Shown in pieces: positions 1-8,417 of a DNA stretch of 64,000 nucleotides. Every line of letters begins with the position of its first letter. Position 1 is the first letter of the stretch. The notes under the pieces are model-generated. The model worked only from the letters and a program-made list of their open reading frames with translations. It had not been told where the DNA came from and did not search any database. The translations under genes and the position numbers were made by a program. Source of the stretch: Phycisphaerales bacterium (GTDB lineage: Bacteria; Planctomycetota; Phycisphaerae; Phycisphaerales; UBA1924); NCBI GenBank assembly GCA_965227775.1, contig OZ245777.1, positions 384,001-448,000 on the forward strand. Direction: 5' to 3'.

Positions 1-3000
1 ATGACGACAAACATGACAAGCAGCACGCCTGCGACAATGACCGCGCTCCGCATGTTCGTTGTACTCGGCACCGGGTCGCCCTTGGGAACATCCCAAGCCT
101 TTGCCACGAACCGCCGATCACCCGGCACCAGCCCGAGCAGATCACCTACCCGGTATGACGCTCGCGTGTCTTCCGGCCGGAACATGTGATCAGATCCATA
201 ATCTTCGACCAACCCTATCAGATACTCGTAAGACACAGATACTGACGGGTTGTCCGGCAGCGGGATGCGGGCCCTTGCGCCGATGTCGCCCTGGATTTCG
301 TGCACGCTTTGCAAGTCGTCGCGTACGAGCCGCATCGCGTCTATCCGCTTGGCCTCGGGCCCGCGCACCCGGATGTCGATCACCGACTTGCCCGGCGTGG
401 CCTCGACCAGCGCCTCGCAGCCATCGGCTGCCAGCAGCACCCCAAACCGCCACATCACCTGCGGTTCCGTCAGGCGGCGGTGGGCCCGCACGATGAGCCG
501 GGGGATGAGCCCGGCCGGCAGATGGTCGTACGTGTAGCGAAGCCGCAGCACGTCCTCGCCCCAGTCGCCGGTGTATTGCCGCGATGCGGGCAGCGCTTCG
601 GCAATCAAGTATCGCTCGCCGGCCTGGGAACCGCCACCGGCCATCTGGTAGCACAGCTCCAACTCTGCGCTCTTCATCATGTCCAGGATGAACTCGTACC
701 ACTGCTTGGCATACAGCGATGTGTCGAGGATGTCCGGAAGGTGAGCCCGATCGAGCACACCGTTACGTTCGCGGACGCCATCGTCGTTGAGAATCAGATA
801 GATGGCCCCGGTGAGCCAATTGGGGTCAAGCAGGTGTACCTCGCGGGCGCTTGCCCGCGAGGGCTTGTGCTCGCCGTGGGCGACAACGACGCCAAGATCG
901 TCCAACAGTTGCAAGAGGGCGCGTTGCTCGGGGCCGTCCACTACGCGATCGTTTTCGTCCGCCGCCTCCATGCAAAGCCGCGTGAAGTCGCCGCGGTCAA
1001 GCACCTTGCGATTACCGGCAAGCGTTGCAAGTTCCTCTTTCACTCGTTTCCACGCCGGGACCAGCGGCTCGCGCACGTGCGGCAGACCCGCCGTGGTGCG
1101 CACGATCAGCTCACGCAGGCTCGCGATGCTCTCCTTCGATCGATCATCGTCATCGCAAGACGTACGGACGAACCCAGCGATGGATGGGAAGTCGATCAGC
1201 AGCGAGTCCTCATCGATCGCCAGGTCCTGGCGGGGCTCATCCATGTGCTTGTTGATGACCACGATGATGGGCGAGTCGCCACCGCGGCTCTGAATCGTTT
1301 GCAACCACCACCGGACGCGACCGTGGATGTTCTCCTGGTCTTCCCGTCGGGCCTCGAGCACGAGGAGGTACACGCTGCGTGCGGTCAGGAAGAACTGGTG
1401 GGTGCCATGCATGATCTCCTGACCCCCAAAGTCCCAAATGTTGAGCCTGAGACCGTCCGAGCCGGTGTCCCATTTCTCGGTTTTGATGCGCTCGTGGATG
1501 GCTGTTGCTCGGGTCTTGATGTGGCTTGGATTGCGGGGCTGACCCTTGACGAGGAAATTTACCAGGGAGGTCTTGCCTACAGCCTCGTCGCCTAGCACCA
1601 GTACCTTTGCCTCATTCAGCGGCTCCAACTCGGAGGCCTGGAATCCACGTACTCGCCGCCAAGACGAGAGCAGCGCCTGAGCATCGGAACCATCCAGCAA
1701 TTCTGAAACTATCGGAAGACCCTCAGGATCGTTCCCGCTCAGGTCGAGCCTAGCGATGAGCGCTGAATCCACTCGCTCAACCAATTGATCGAGCAGGTAC
1801 CGCAAGCCCACTTGGCCGATCTTGTTGCGGCTCAGGTGGAGCGATGTCAGGCCCGTCAGGTGCTCGGCGATCGCGCGGGCGCCATCGTCGCCGATTGAGT
1901 TGCTGCCGAGTTCCAGCGATGTCAGGCCCGTCAGGTGCTCGGCGATCGCGCGGGCGCCACCGACGCCGATCGAGCTGTTGCTGAGTTCGAGCGAAGTCAG
2001 GCCCGCCAGATGTTTGGCGATCGCGCGGGCGCCATCAACGCCAATCGAGTTGCTGCTCAAGTTCAGCGATGTCAGGCCCGTCAGGTGCTCGGCGATCGCG
2101 CGGGCGCCATCGACGCCGATCGAGTTGTTGCCAAGGTCGAGCGATGTCACGCCCGCCAGGTACTCGGCGATCGCGCGAGCACCATCGTCGCCAATTGAGT
2201 TGCTGCTGAGTTCCAGCGATGTCAGGCCCGTCAGGTGCTCGGCGATCGCGCGAGCGCCATCGACACCGATCAAATTGTTGCCAAGGTCGAGCGATGTCAC
2301 GCCCGTCAGGTGCTCGGCGATCGCGCGAGCGCCATCGTCGCCGATCGAGTTGCTCCACAAGTTGATCGATGTCAGGCCCGTCAGGTACTCGGCGATCGTG
2401 CGGGCACCATCGTTGCCGATCGAGTTGTTGTTCAGATTGAGCCATGACAGGCCCGTCAGGTGCTCGGCGATCGCATAGGCGCCATCGACGCCGATCGAGT
2501 TGAAGCCAAGGTCGAGCGATGTCAGGCCTGCTAGGTGCTCGGCGATCGCACGGGCGCCATCAGCGCCAATCGAGTTGCTGTTTAGGTTTAGCGATCTCAG
2601 GCCCGTCAGGTGCTCGGCGATCGTGCGGGCACCATCGTTGCCGATCGTGTTGAAGCCGAGGTCGAGCGATTTCAGGCCCGTCAGGTGCTCGGCGATCGCA
2701 CGAGTGCCATCGACGCCGATCGTGTTGAAGCCAAGTTCGAGCGATGTCAGGCCCGTCAGGTGCTCGGCGATCGCGCGGGTGCCATCGTCGCCGATTGCGT
2801 TGAACGCAAGGTTGAGCGATGTCAGGCCCGCCAGGTGCTCGGCGATCGCGCGAGTGCCATCGACGCCGATCGTGTTGAAGCCAAGTTCGAGCGATGTCAG
2901 GCCCGTCAGGTGCTCGGCGATCGCGCGGGCGCCATCGTCGCCGATTGAGTTACTGCTCAGGTTGAGCGATGTCAGGCCCGTCAGGTGCTCGGCGATCGCG

Positions 3001-3326
3001 CGAGCGCCATCGTCGCCGATTGAGTTACTGCTCAGGTTGAGCGATGTCAGGCCCGTCAGGTGCTCGGCGATCGCGCGGGCGCCATCATTCCCGATCGAGT
3101 TGATGCTCAAGTTTAGCGATGTCAGGCCATGGATGATCCTGAGTTCCGCCAGATCCTGCGGCCACCGGGGGAGGGTGGCGAGCCGCACGACCCGATTGGC
3201 GGGCCAGTCCTGGTACTTGACGAGCCATTGTGCGTACCGGTCCTGCACCGTGACGGCCAACCGCGTCCAACCCTCCCGGGCAGCCTGCTCGACAACGTCG
3301 CGGAACCTGCGCGGCTCGAAGTACAT
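1..3326 (-). CDS. Roco protein: LRR array + Roc GTPase + COR domain + C-terminal hydrophobic helix; 3' end lies beyond the window edge
   Basis: Not in the ORF track (no stop in window). Manual minus-strand translation from ATG at 3326 (MYFEPRRF...): LRRs GLTSLNLSSNSIGDDGARAIAEHLT, Roc P-loop LNEAKVLVLGDEAVGKTSLV (1560-1619), LNIWDFGGQEIMHGTHQFFLT, VINK, COR-like LLDPNWLTGAIYLIL and LPAGLIPRLIVR, ending in AVIVAGVLLVMFVV at the edge. Same frame at 3326, the P-loop and position 3. Confidence 0.93.
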   Translation of the reverse strand, partial: MYFEPRRFRDVVEQAAREGWTRLAVTVQDRYAQWLVKYQDWPANRVVRLATLPRWPQDLAELRIIHGLTSLNLSINSIGNDGARAIAEHLTGLTSLNLSSNSIGDDGARAIAEHLTGLTSLNLSSNSIGDDGARAIAEHLTGLTSLELGFNTIGVDGTRAIAEHLAGLTSLNLAFNAIGDDGTRAIAEHLTGLTSLELGFNTIGVDGTRAIAEHLTGLKSLDLGFNTIGNDGARTIAEHLTGLRSLNLNSNSIGADGARAIAEHLAGLTSLDLGFNSIGVDGAYAIAEHLTGLSWLNLNNNSIGNDGARTIAEYLTGLTSINLWSNSIGDDGARAIAEHLTGVTSLDLGNNLIGVDGARAIAEHLTGLTSLELSSNSIGDDGARAIAEYLAGVTSLDLGNNSIGVDGARAIAEHLTGLTSLNLSSNSIGVDGARAIAKHLAGLTSLELSNSSIGVGGARAIAEHLTGLTSLELGSNSIGDDGARAIAEHLTGLTSLHLSRNKIGQVGLRYLLDQLVERVDSALIARLDLSGNDPEGLPIVSELLDGSDAQALLSSWRRVRGFQASELEPLNEAKVLVLGDEAVGKTSLVNFLVKGQPRNPSHIKTRATAIHERIKTEKWDTGSDGLRLNIWDFGGQEIMHGTHQFFLTARSVYLLVLEARREDQENIHGRVRWWLQTIQSRGGDSPIIVVINKHMDEPRQDLAIDEDSLLIDFPSIAGFVRTSCDDDDRSKESIASLRELIVRTTAGLPHVREPLVPAWKRVKEELATLAGNRKVLDRGDFTRLCMEAADENDRVVDGPEQRALLQLLDDLGVVVAHGEHKPSRASAREVHLLDPNWLTGAIYLILNDDGVRERNGVLDRAHLPDILDTSLYAKQWYEFILDMMKSAELELCYQMAGGGSQAGERYLIAEALPASRQYTGDWGEDVLRLRYTYDHLPAGLIPRLIVRAHRRLTEPQVMWRFGVLLAADGCEALVEATPGKSVIDIRVRGPEAKRIDAMRLVRDDLQSVHEIQGDIGARARIPLPDNPSVSVSYEYLIGLVEDYGSDHMFRPEDTRASYRVGDLLGLVPGDRRFVAKAWDVPKGDPVPSTTNMRSAVIVAGVLLVMFVV
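1823..3130 (-). repeat. Tandem 75-bp repeat (17 full + 1 partial units) encoding 25-aa GALA/RI-like leucine-rich repeats
   Basis: Core gtgctcggcgatcg (or a close variant) recurs every 75 bp from 1860 to 3060; units starting at 2911/2986 and 2686/2836 differ by a single base. Confidence 0.97.
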
Positions 3327-3770
3327 GAATCGAACATAGCCCACGACGACCCACGACGCAGGGATTGCGGTCGGTGAGCGCCCGCGACGGGCGGGCGCAC
3401 GCGCGCAACACCCCACAATCAGGGGGTAAAGGCCCCACTGCCGCGTGCGGGGCCCGGCCGCGGGCGTGCGATCGGTCGCATCGCCCGAGCGCTGGGCCAA
3501 CGAGGCCCAGTGGCGGCGCGTGACACGCATTTCATGCCCCGCCGAAGGCGTGCGATGGACCATCGCATCGGTGCGAAGAACTCGATAATCGCCGCGGCGG
3601 GCCCCGCGAACGCCCCTGGCACGCCGCCACGGCGGATGCGCAGCCGCGATGGTCCTGATATATCTCGCCGCGCTCCACAGGTATCCGGACGTTCGCAAGC
3701 AACGGCGCATTCGCGCAGCACGCAGCCATGCGCAAGAACTGCCGGGGACGCGGCCCGGGCCAAGACCGAC

Positions 3771-3798
3771 CAAAGTCGGCCGGATGAAGGACCGATAC
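3771..3798 (+). promoter_or_regulatory. Sigma-28 (FliA/WhiG)-like promoter
   Basis: CAAAG-N15-ACCGATAC, 7 nt before ATG 3806; same spacing as the motif upstream of flagellin. Confidence 0.6.
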
Positions 3799-3805
3799 CC
3801 ACGGC

Positions 3806-6418
3806 ATGACCGAGGACCACGCCGATCGCTTCGCCACCCCCATCAACAGCGCCCCCACCGCCGCCAAGCCGGCGACGGACGCCCAGCCGGCCACGGACAA
3901 CCGGGCAACCTACACGCTGAAGGAAGCGTGCGCCCTGGTCGGCCTCACGCGTGACGCGTGGCGGAATTGGCAGAAGCGCGGGCTGCTGCCCGAGGGCACG
4001 ATCGGCACCGGCCGCGAGCACGACCGCCGGGTCCAGCTCTTCACGCGGGCCGAGGTCGACGCCGCCCGCGCGGCGGTTGAAAGCAGCGGGCTGGCGACAC
4101 CCGAGCACACGATTTACTACGACGAGGTCGTCGAGATGCTGGGAATCTCCAAGTCGCGCATGTACGAGATGATCAAGAGCGGACGCTTCCCCCCCGGACG
4201 CTGGGCCGCGCCCGCCGAGGGCAACGGCCGCGGCAACCGCCGCAAGATGTTCACGCCCGCCGAGGTCGATGAGGCGCGCGCGGCGCTGGACGCGTTCATG
4301 AGCCAGGGCCCGCAGATCGACGGGCGGCCGGCCATCACGCTCAAGGACGCGGCCGCGCGCCTCGGCCTCTCGCGGGCCCAGTGGTACGCGTGGCAGAAGA
4401 AGGGCTGGGCGCCCAAGGGCACGCCCGTGTCGCGGCCGGGCGCCAACGGCAAGACCCAGATGTACACCGTCGCGCAGATCGACGAACTGGAGTCGTCGCT
4501 CGAGCGCGGCGAGCACCCGGGCGCCGGCCAGTTCGCCACGCCGCGGCACACGATCACCAAGGAAGAGGCCGCGCAGCAGGCCGGCATCGGCAGCCACGCG
4601 TGGCACGAGTTAACCAGCCGCGGGCTGCTGCCCGAGGGACGGTGGACGCCCAACCCCAAGGGCTCGGGAAAGGGCGGCCTGCGCAAGCTGTACACGCCCG
4701 AGGATGTCGCGGCGATCAAGACCGCCATGGCGCAACTGGAAGCCGAGCGGCGACCGACCATCGACGGCAAGCCCGCCCTGACCGTGCTCGAGGCGGCCGC
4801 CATCATCAACATCTCGCGCCCGCTGTGGTACCTGTGGGACCGCAAGGGCTGGCTGCCCAGGGCCCACAGGGTTGCTCGCAACGCGAGCGGAAAGAGCGTC
4901 AATCTCTACACGCTCGAGCAGATCGAGGAACTCAAGGCCTCGATCGACCGCGGCGAGCACCCGGGCGCACAGGGACGAGGCACGGCCGAGCACACCGTGA
5001 CCCGCAAGGAGGCGGCCGAGCAACTGGGCATCACAGCGGCCCGATGGTCGCGCTGGGAGAAGGACGGGCTGGTGCCCCCCGGCAAGCTGCCGCCGCTCTC
5101 ACCCACGCTGGGCATCAATGGCACGATGCGCCTGTGGACGCCCGCCGAGGTCGAAGCGGTGCGCGTCAAGGCGACCGACATGGGCATCCTCGAGCCCGCC
5201 GCCACAGCCGAGCACACGCTCACCCGCAAGGAGGCGGCCGAGTTGGCAGGAATCTCGGAGGCCACGTGGAGCCATTGGTGCCGCCGCGGCGTGATCCCCA
5301 CCGGGCGCTGGCGGACGAACCCGGAGGGCTCGGGTCACGGCGGGCTGCGTCGGATGCACTCGCCAGAGGAGGTCCGCCGGGCGCGTGCCGCGCTCGACGA
5401 GATCGGCTTCGGCCGCGGCCCCAACGCGACCGAGGCCCACACGCTCACGCAGCGTGAGGCCGCCCGCATGCTGGGCGTCGAGGCGACGGCGCTGCAGGGC
5501 TGGGAGAAGCGCGGCATCATGCCCATGGGCGCATGGGGCCACGCGAAGAAGGGATCGGGGCTCCGCAAGCTGTACACGCCAGCGCAGGTCGAAGAGGCCC
5601 GCGAGGCGCTCAAGGCACACGGCATCCGCTGCTTCTCCCGCGCGACAGATGAGCATACCTACACGCGCCAGCAGGCGGCGCGGTTCATCGACGTACCGTT
5701 CTCGACCTGGTCGCACTGGGAGCACCAGGGCCGCACGCCGGTGGGCGCCTGGGGGCGACAGACCAAGGGCAGCGGCCGGTGCAAGATGTTCACCCACGCC
5801 GAACTCGCGGCGTTCGCCGACGAGCTCGAGAAGCTGCACCAGCCCTACGCCGACCTCGATCGACCGGGCGTGCACCGCGTGCCCATCCGCACCGGCAAGG
5901 GACGGATGGAGGCGCTCATTGACTCCATCGACTTACACCTCGTCGAGGGCAAGCACTGGAACTACTCGGAGAAGACCGACGAGTACGGGACCCACGGCGT
6001 CGTCGTGCTCTCGACGGCCAAGGGGCGAATGAAGCCGATGAAGCAATACATCACCGGCGTGAGCGGGCATCGCTGGCGCATCCGCCACGCCAACGGCGAC
6101 TTCCTGGATTGCCGGCGCGAGAACCTCGTCGTGCTGGACATCGCCCAGCAGGCCCGCGGCAACAAGAAGATCAAGATGCGGGCCGGATACGAGACGACAT
6201 CGAAGTACAAGGGCGTCTGCTGGGACGACCGGCGCGGCAAGTGGCTCGCCCAGATCAACAAAGACGGGAAGCACCACCACCTGGGACGATTCAACGACGA
6301 AATCGACGCCGCCGACGCCTACGACAACGCCGCGCGCGAGCTCTTCGGCGAGCACGCCTACCTGAACTTCGACGGCATCGTCGATCGTACCGAAGAAGAG
6401 CCCAGGTCGGCCGCGTAG
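3806..6418 (+). CDS. Nine tandem MerR/Xis-like winged-HTH modules + degenerate HNH + AP2 DNA-binding domain
   Basis: Repeats such as YTLKEACALVGLTRDAWRNWQKRGLLP...LFTRAEV and LTRKEAAELAGISEATWSHWCRRGVIP...; C-terminal IRHANGDFLDCRRENL (HNH-like) and SKYKGVCWDDRRGKWLAQI...HLGRFNDEIDAADAYDNAARELFGEHAYLNF (AP2). Confidence 0.88.
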   Translation: MTEDHADRFATPINSAPTAAKPATDAQPATDNRATYTLKEACALVGLTRDAWRNWQKRGLLPEGTIGTGREHDRRVQLFTRAEVDAARAAVESSGLATPEHTIYYDEVVEMLGISKSRMYEMIKSGRFPPGRWAAPAEGNGRGNRRKMFTPAEVDEARAALDAFMSQGPQIDGRPAITLKDAAARLGLSRAQWYAWQKKGWAPKGTPVSRPGANGKTQMYTVAQIDELESSLERGEHPGAGQFATPRHTITKEEAAQQAGIGSHAWHELTSRGLLPEGRWTPNPKGSGKGGLRKLYTPEDVAAIKTAMAQLEAERRPTIDGKPALTVLEAAAIINISRPLWYLWDRKGWLPRAHRVARNASGKSVNLYTLEQIEELKASIDRGEHPGAQGRGTAEHTVTRKEAAEQLGITAARWSRWEKDGLVPPGKLPPLSPTLGINGTMRLWTPAEVEAVRVKATDMGILEPAATAEHTLTRKEAAELAGISEATWSHWCRRGVIPTGRWRTNPEGSGHGGLRRMHSPEEVRRARAALDEIGFGRGPNATEAHTLTQREAARMLGVEATALQGWEKRGIMPMGAWGHAKKGSGLRKLYTPAQVEEAREALKAHGIRCFSRATDEHTYTRQQAARFIDVPFSTWSHWEHQGRTPVGAWGRQTKGSGRCKMFTHAELAAFADELEKLHQPYADLDRPGVHRVPIRTGKGRMEALIDSIDLHLVEGKHWNYSEKTDEYGTHGVVVLSTAKGRMKPMKQYITGVSGHRWRIRHANGDFLDCRRENLVVLDIAQQARGNKKIKMRAGYETTSKYKGVCWDDRRGKWLAQINKDGKHHHLGRFNDEIDAADAYDNAARELFGEHAYLNFDGIVDRTEEEPRSAA

Positions 6419-6515
6419 CCCCTCGATGCCACGATCGCCCCGACGGCGGTGAGCCCGCACCCCACACACACGCCGGGCGCAGCCCGCGCAGGGCCCCGCT
6501 GGCGAAGCGAAGAGA

Positions 6516-8381
6516 TCACCTCCGCCCGAACATCTTCTCAAGGTCCCGCATCGTCAACCGCACCGACGTCGGCCGCCCGTGCGGGCAGCTCGCGCTGCGT
6601 TCGACCTTCTCGCGGAGTTCGAGCAGGGCGCTGAGCTCCTGATCGCTCAGCGCGTCGCCGGCCTTGACGGCCGCCTTGCAGGCCATCATGTCCAGGACCT
6701 TGCGCAGCGCGTCCTCCTGGTCCTTGGGCAGGTCGTCCTTCTCCAGCAAGTCGCCAATGAACTCGGCCGGGTCGACGCCGCGGCTGAAGAGCAGGCTGGG
6801 GAAGGCGTGCACGGCGACGCGCGTTGGGCCGGCGGCGGTGGCGTCGATGCCGAGCGTGTTCAGGATCGGCGCAAGAGCGTCGAGCTTCTCGGGGGCATCG
6901 GCGACGCCCACGATCGCGGGCGTCAATAGGCGCTGGCTTTCTAAGTTCCCGTGGCTGGCGACCCGGCTGCGCAGGGCCTCGAACATGACGCGCTCGTGCA
7001 GCGCGTGCTGGTCGATGATGACCACGCCGTCGTCGTCGTGGGCGACGAGGTAGCTGTCGCGGATCTGCATGGCCCGGCGCATCCACGGGCCGTCGGGGGC
7101 GCGGTCGATGGGCGCTGGATCAATGGACGGGCCCGCGCTCGCGTCCTTTGGTTCGACCTGTGCTTCCGGCTGGGGCTGCGGCTCGACGCGGCTGAGCACC
7201 GCGTGCACCTCGGCGTCGGTCAACCGATCGGCACGCTCACGCGCATCGCCAGTGAGATCGGACGCCCGCGTGCCGGCAAAGATCGCGCCGTCGGCGGGCA
7301 CGAACGGCTGCCAAGGACGTGCCGAGCCCGGACTCACTTCCGTGAACGACGCCGTCAGGTCTTCGCCCGCCAGCGCCTCGCGCACCGAGCCGTGCACGAC
7401 GGCATGGATGGCCGACGAATCGCGGAAGCGGACCTCGGCCTTGGCCGGGTGCACGTTCACGTCGACCATCGACGGATCGACGTCGATCAGCAGCACGGCC
7501 ACCGGATGCTTGCCCGGCTCGATCAGCCCGCGGTAGGCCTCCCTCAACCCGTGGGCGATCGTGCCGTCGCGCACGACCCGTCCATTCAGCACGATCCACT
7601 GGCCCTTGGCGTTGCCGCGCGCCGCGTGCGGACGGCCGACGAGGCCCCAGAGGTTGACGTTGTACGTCTCGGCCGCGACGCCCTTCGCCTCGATCATCGC
7701 GCCGGCGAGGTCTTCGCCGAGGATCGCGCGCACGCGGTCGGGGGCGCTCTGGTCGGCGGGCAGGTCGAGCGTCGTGTGGCCATCGCACACCAGCGTGAAG
7801 CCGATCGCGGGGCGCGCCAGCGCAAGGCCCTTGACGGCCTCGACGCAGCGCTGCTTCTCGGTCTGGGCTGTGCGTAGGAACTTGCGGCGCGCGGGCGTAT
7901 TGAAGAACAGGTTGCGCACCTCGATGACCGTGCCCGGGGCGCCGCTGGCGGGGCTGGGGCCCTGCACGTCCTTGCCCTCGACACGCAGTTCGCTGGCTTC
8001 GCTCGCGCCACGCGTGCGCGAGCGGATGCGTAGCCGGCTGACGCTCGCGATGCTCGCCAGCGCCTCGCCGCGGAAGCCCATCGTGGCAACCGCGTCGAGA
8101 TCGTCAGGCGACGTGATCTTGCTCGTCGCGTGCGGCGCGACGGCCATGGGCAGCTGGTCGGGCAGCATGCCGCAGCCGTCGTCGGCGACACGAACCAGCT
8201 CGATGCCGCCGGCTTCCAGCTCAACGCGCACCTTGGCGGCGCCCGCGTCCAAGGCATTCTCGACGAGTTCCTTGACGACCGAGGCCGGCCGCTCGACGAC
8301 CTCGCCGGCGGCGATCTGGTTGACGACGAGCGCGTCGAGCGCACGGATGATCGGGAGGGCTTGCGGCGCAGAAACGGGCAT
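6516..8381 (-). CDS. mutL: DNA mismatch repair endonuclease MutL
   Basis: NQIAAGEVVERPASVVKELVENALDAGA, GFRGEALASIASVS, DQHALHERV, MACKAAVKAG, CPHGRP. Confidence 0.98.
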   Translation of the reverse strand: MPVSAPQALPIIRALDALVVNQIAAGEVVERPASVVKELVENALDAGAAKVRVELEAGGIELVRVADDGCGMLPDQLPMAVAPHATSKITSPDDLDAVATMGFRGEALASIASVSRLRIRSRTRGASEASELRVEGKDVQGPSPASGAPGTVIEVRNLFFNTPARRKFLRTAQTEKQRCVEAVKGLALARPAIGFTLVCDGHTTLDLPADQSAPDRVRAILGEDLAGAMIEAKGVAAETYNVNLWGLVGRPHAARGNAKGQWIVLNGRVVRDGTIAHGLREAYRGLIEPGKHPVAVLLIDVDPSMVDVNVHPAKAEVRFRDSSAIHAVVHGSVREALAGEDLTASFTEVSPGSARPWQPFVPADGAIFAGTRASDLTGDARERADRLTDAEVHAVLSRVEPQPQPEAQVEPKDASAGPSIDPAPIDRAPDGPWMRRAMQIRDSYLVAHDDDGVVIIDQHALHERVMFEALRSRVASHGNLESQRLLTPAIVGVADAPEKLDALAPILNTLGIDATAAGPTRVAVHAFPSLLFSRGVDPAEFIGDLLEKDDLPKDQEDALRKVLDMMACKAAVKAGDALSDQELSALLELREKVERSASCPHGRPTSVRLTMRDLEKMFGRR

Positions 8382-8417
8382 CTGAGCGATCGTAGGGACG
8401 AGCGGGACCTACGCTGC

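Noticed and set aside
1823..3130. Diversity-generating retroelement acting on the LRRs
   Set aside because: Differences between units are not confined to adenines, and no reverse transcriptase or template repeat is in the window.
1822..3339. Repetitive plus-strand ORFs (SDVRPVRCSAIARAP...) and a possible CRISPR-like periodicity
   Set aside because: These are antisense shadows of the minus-strand LRR gene; the units are contiguous in-frame 75-mers without unique spacers, and there are no cas genes.
3806..6418. Prophage or mobile element implied by Xis-like HTH and HNH-AP2 domains
   Set aside because: No integrase, att repeats, structural genes or intron context are visible.
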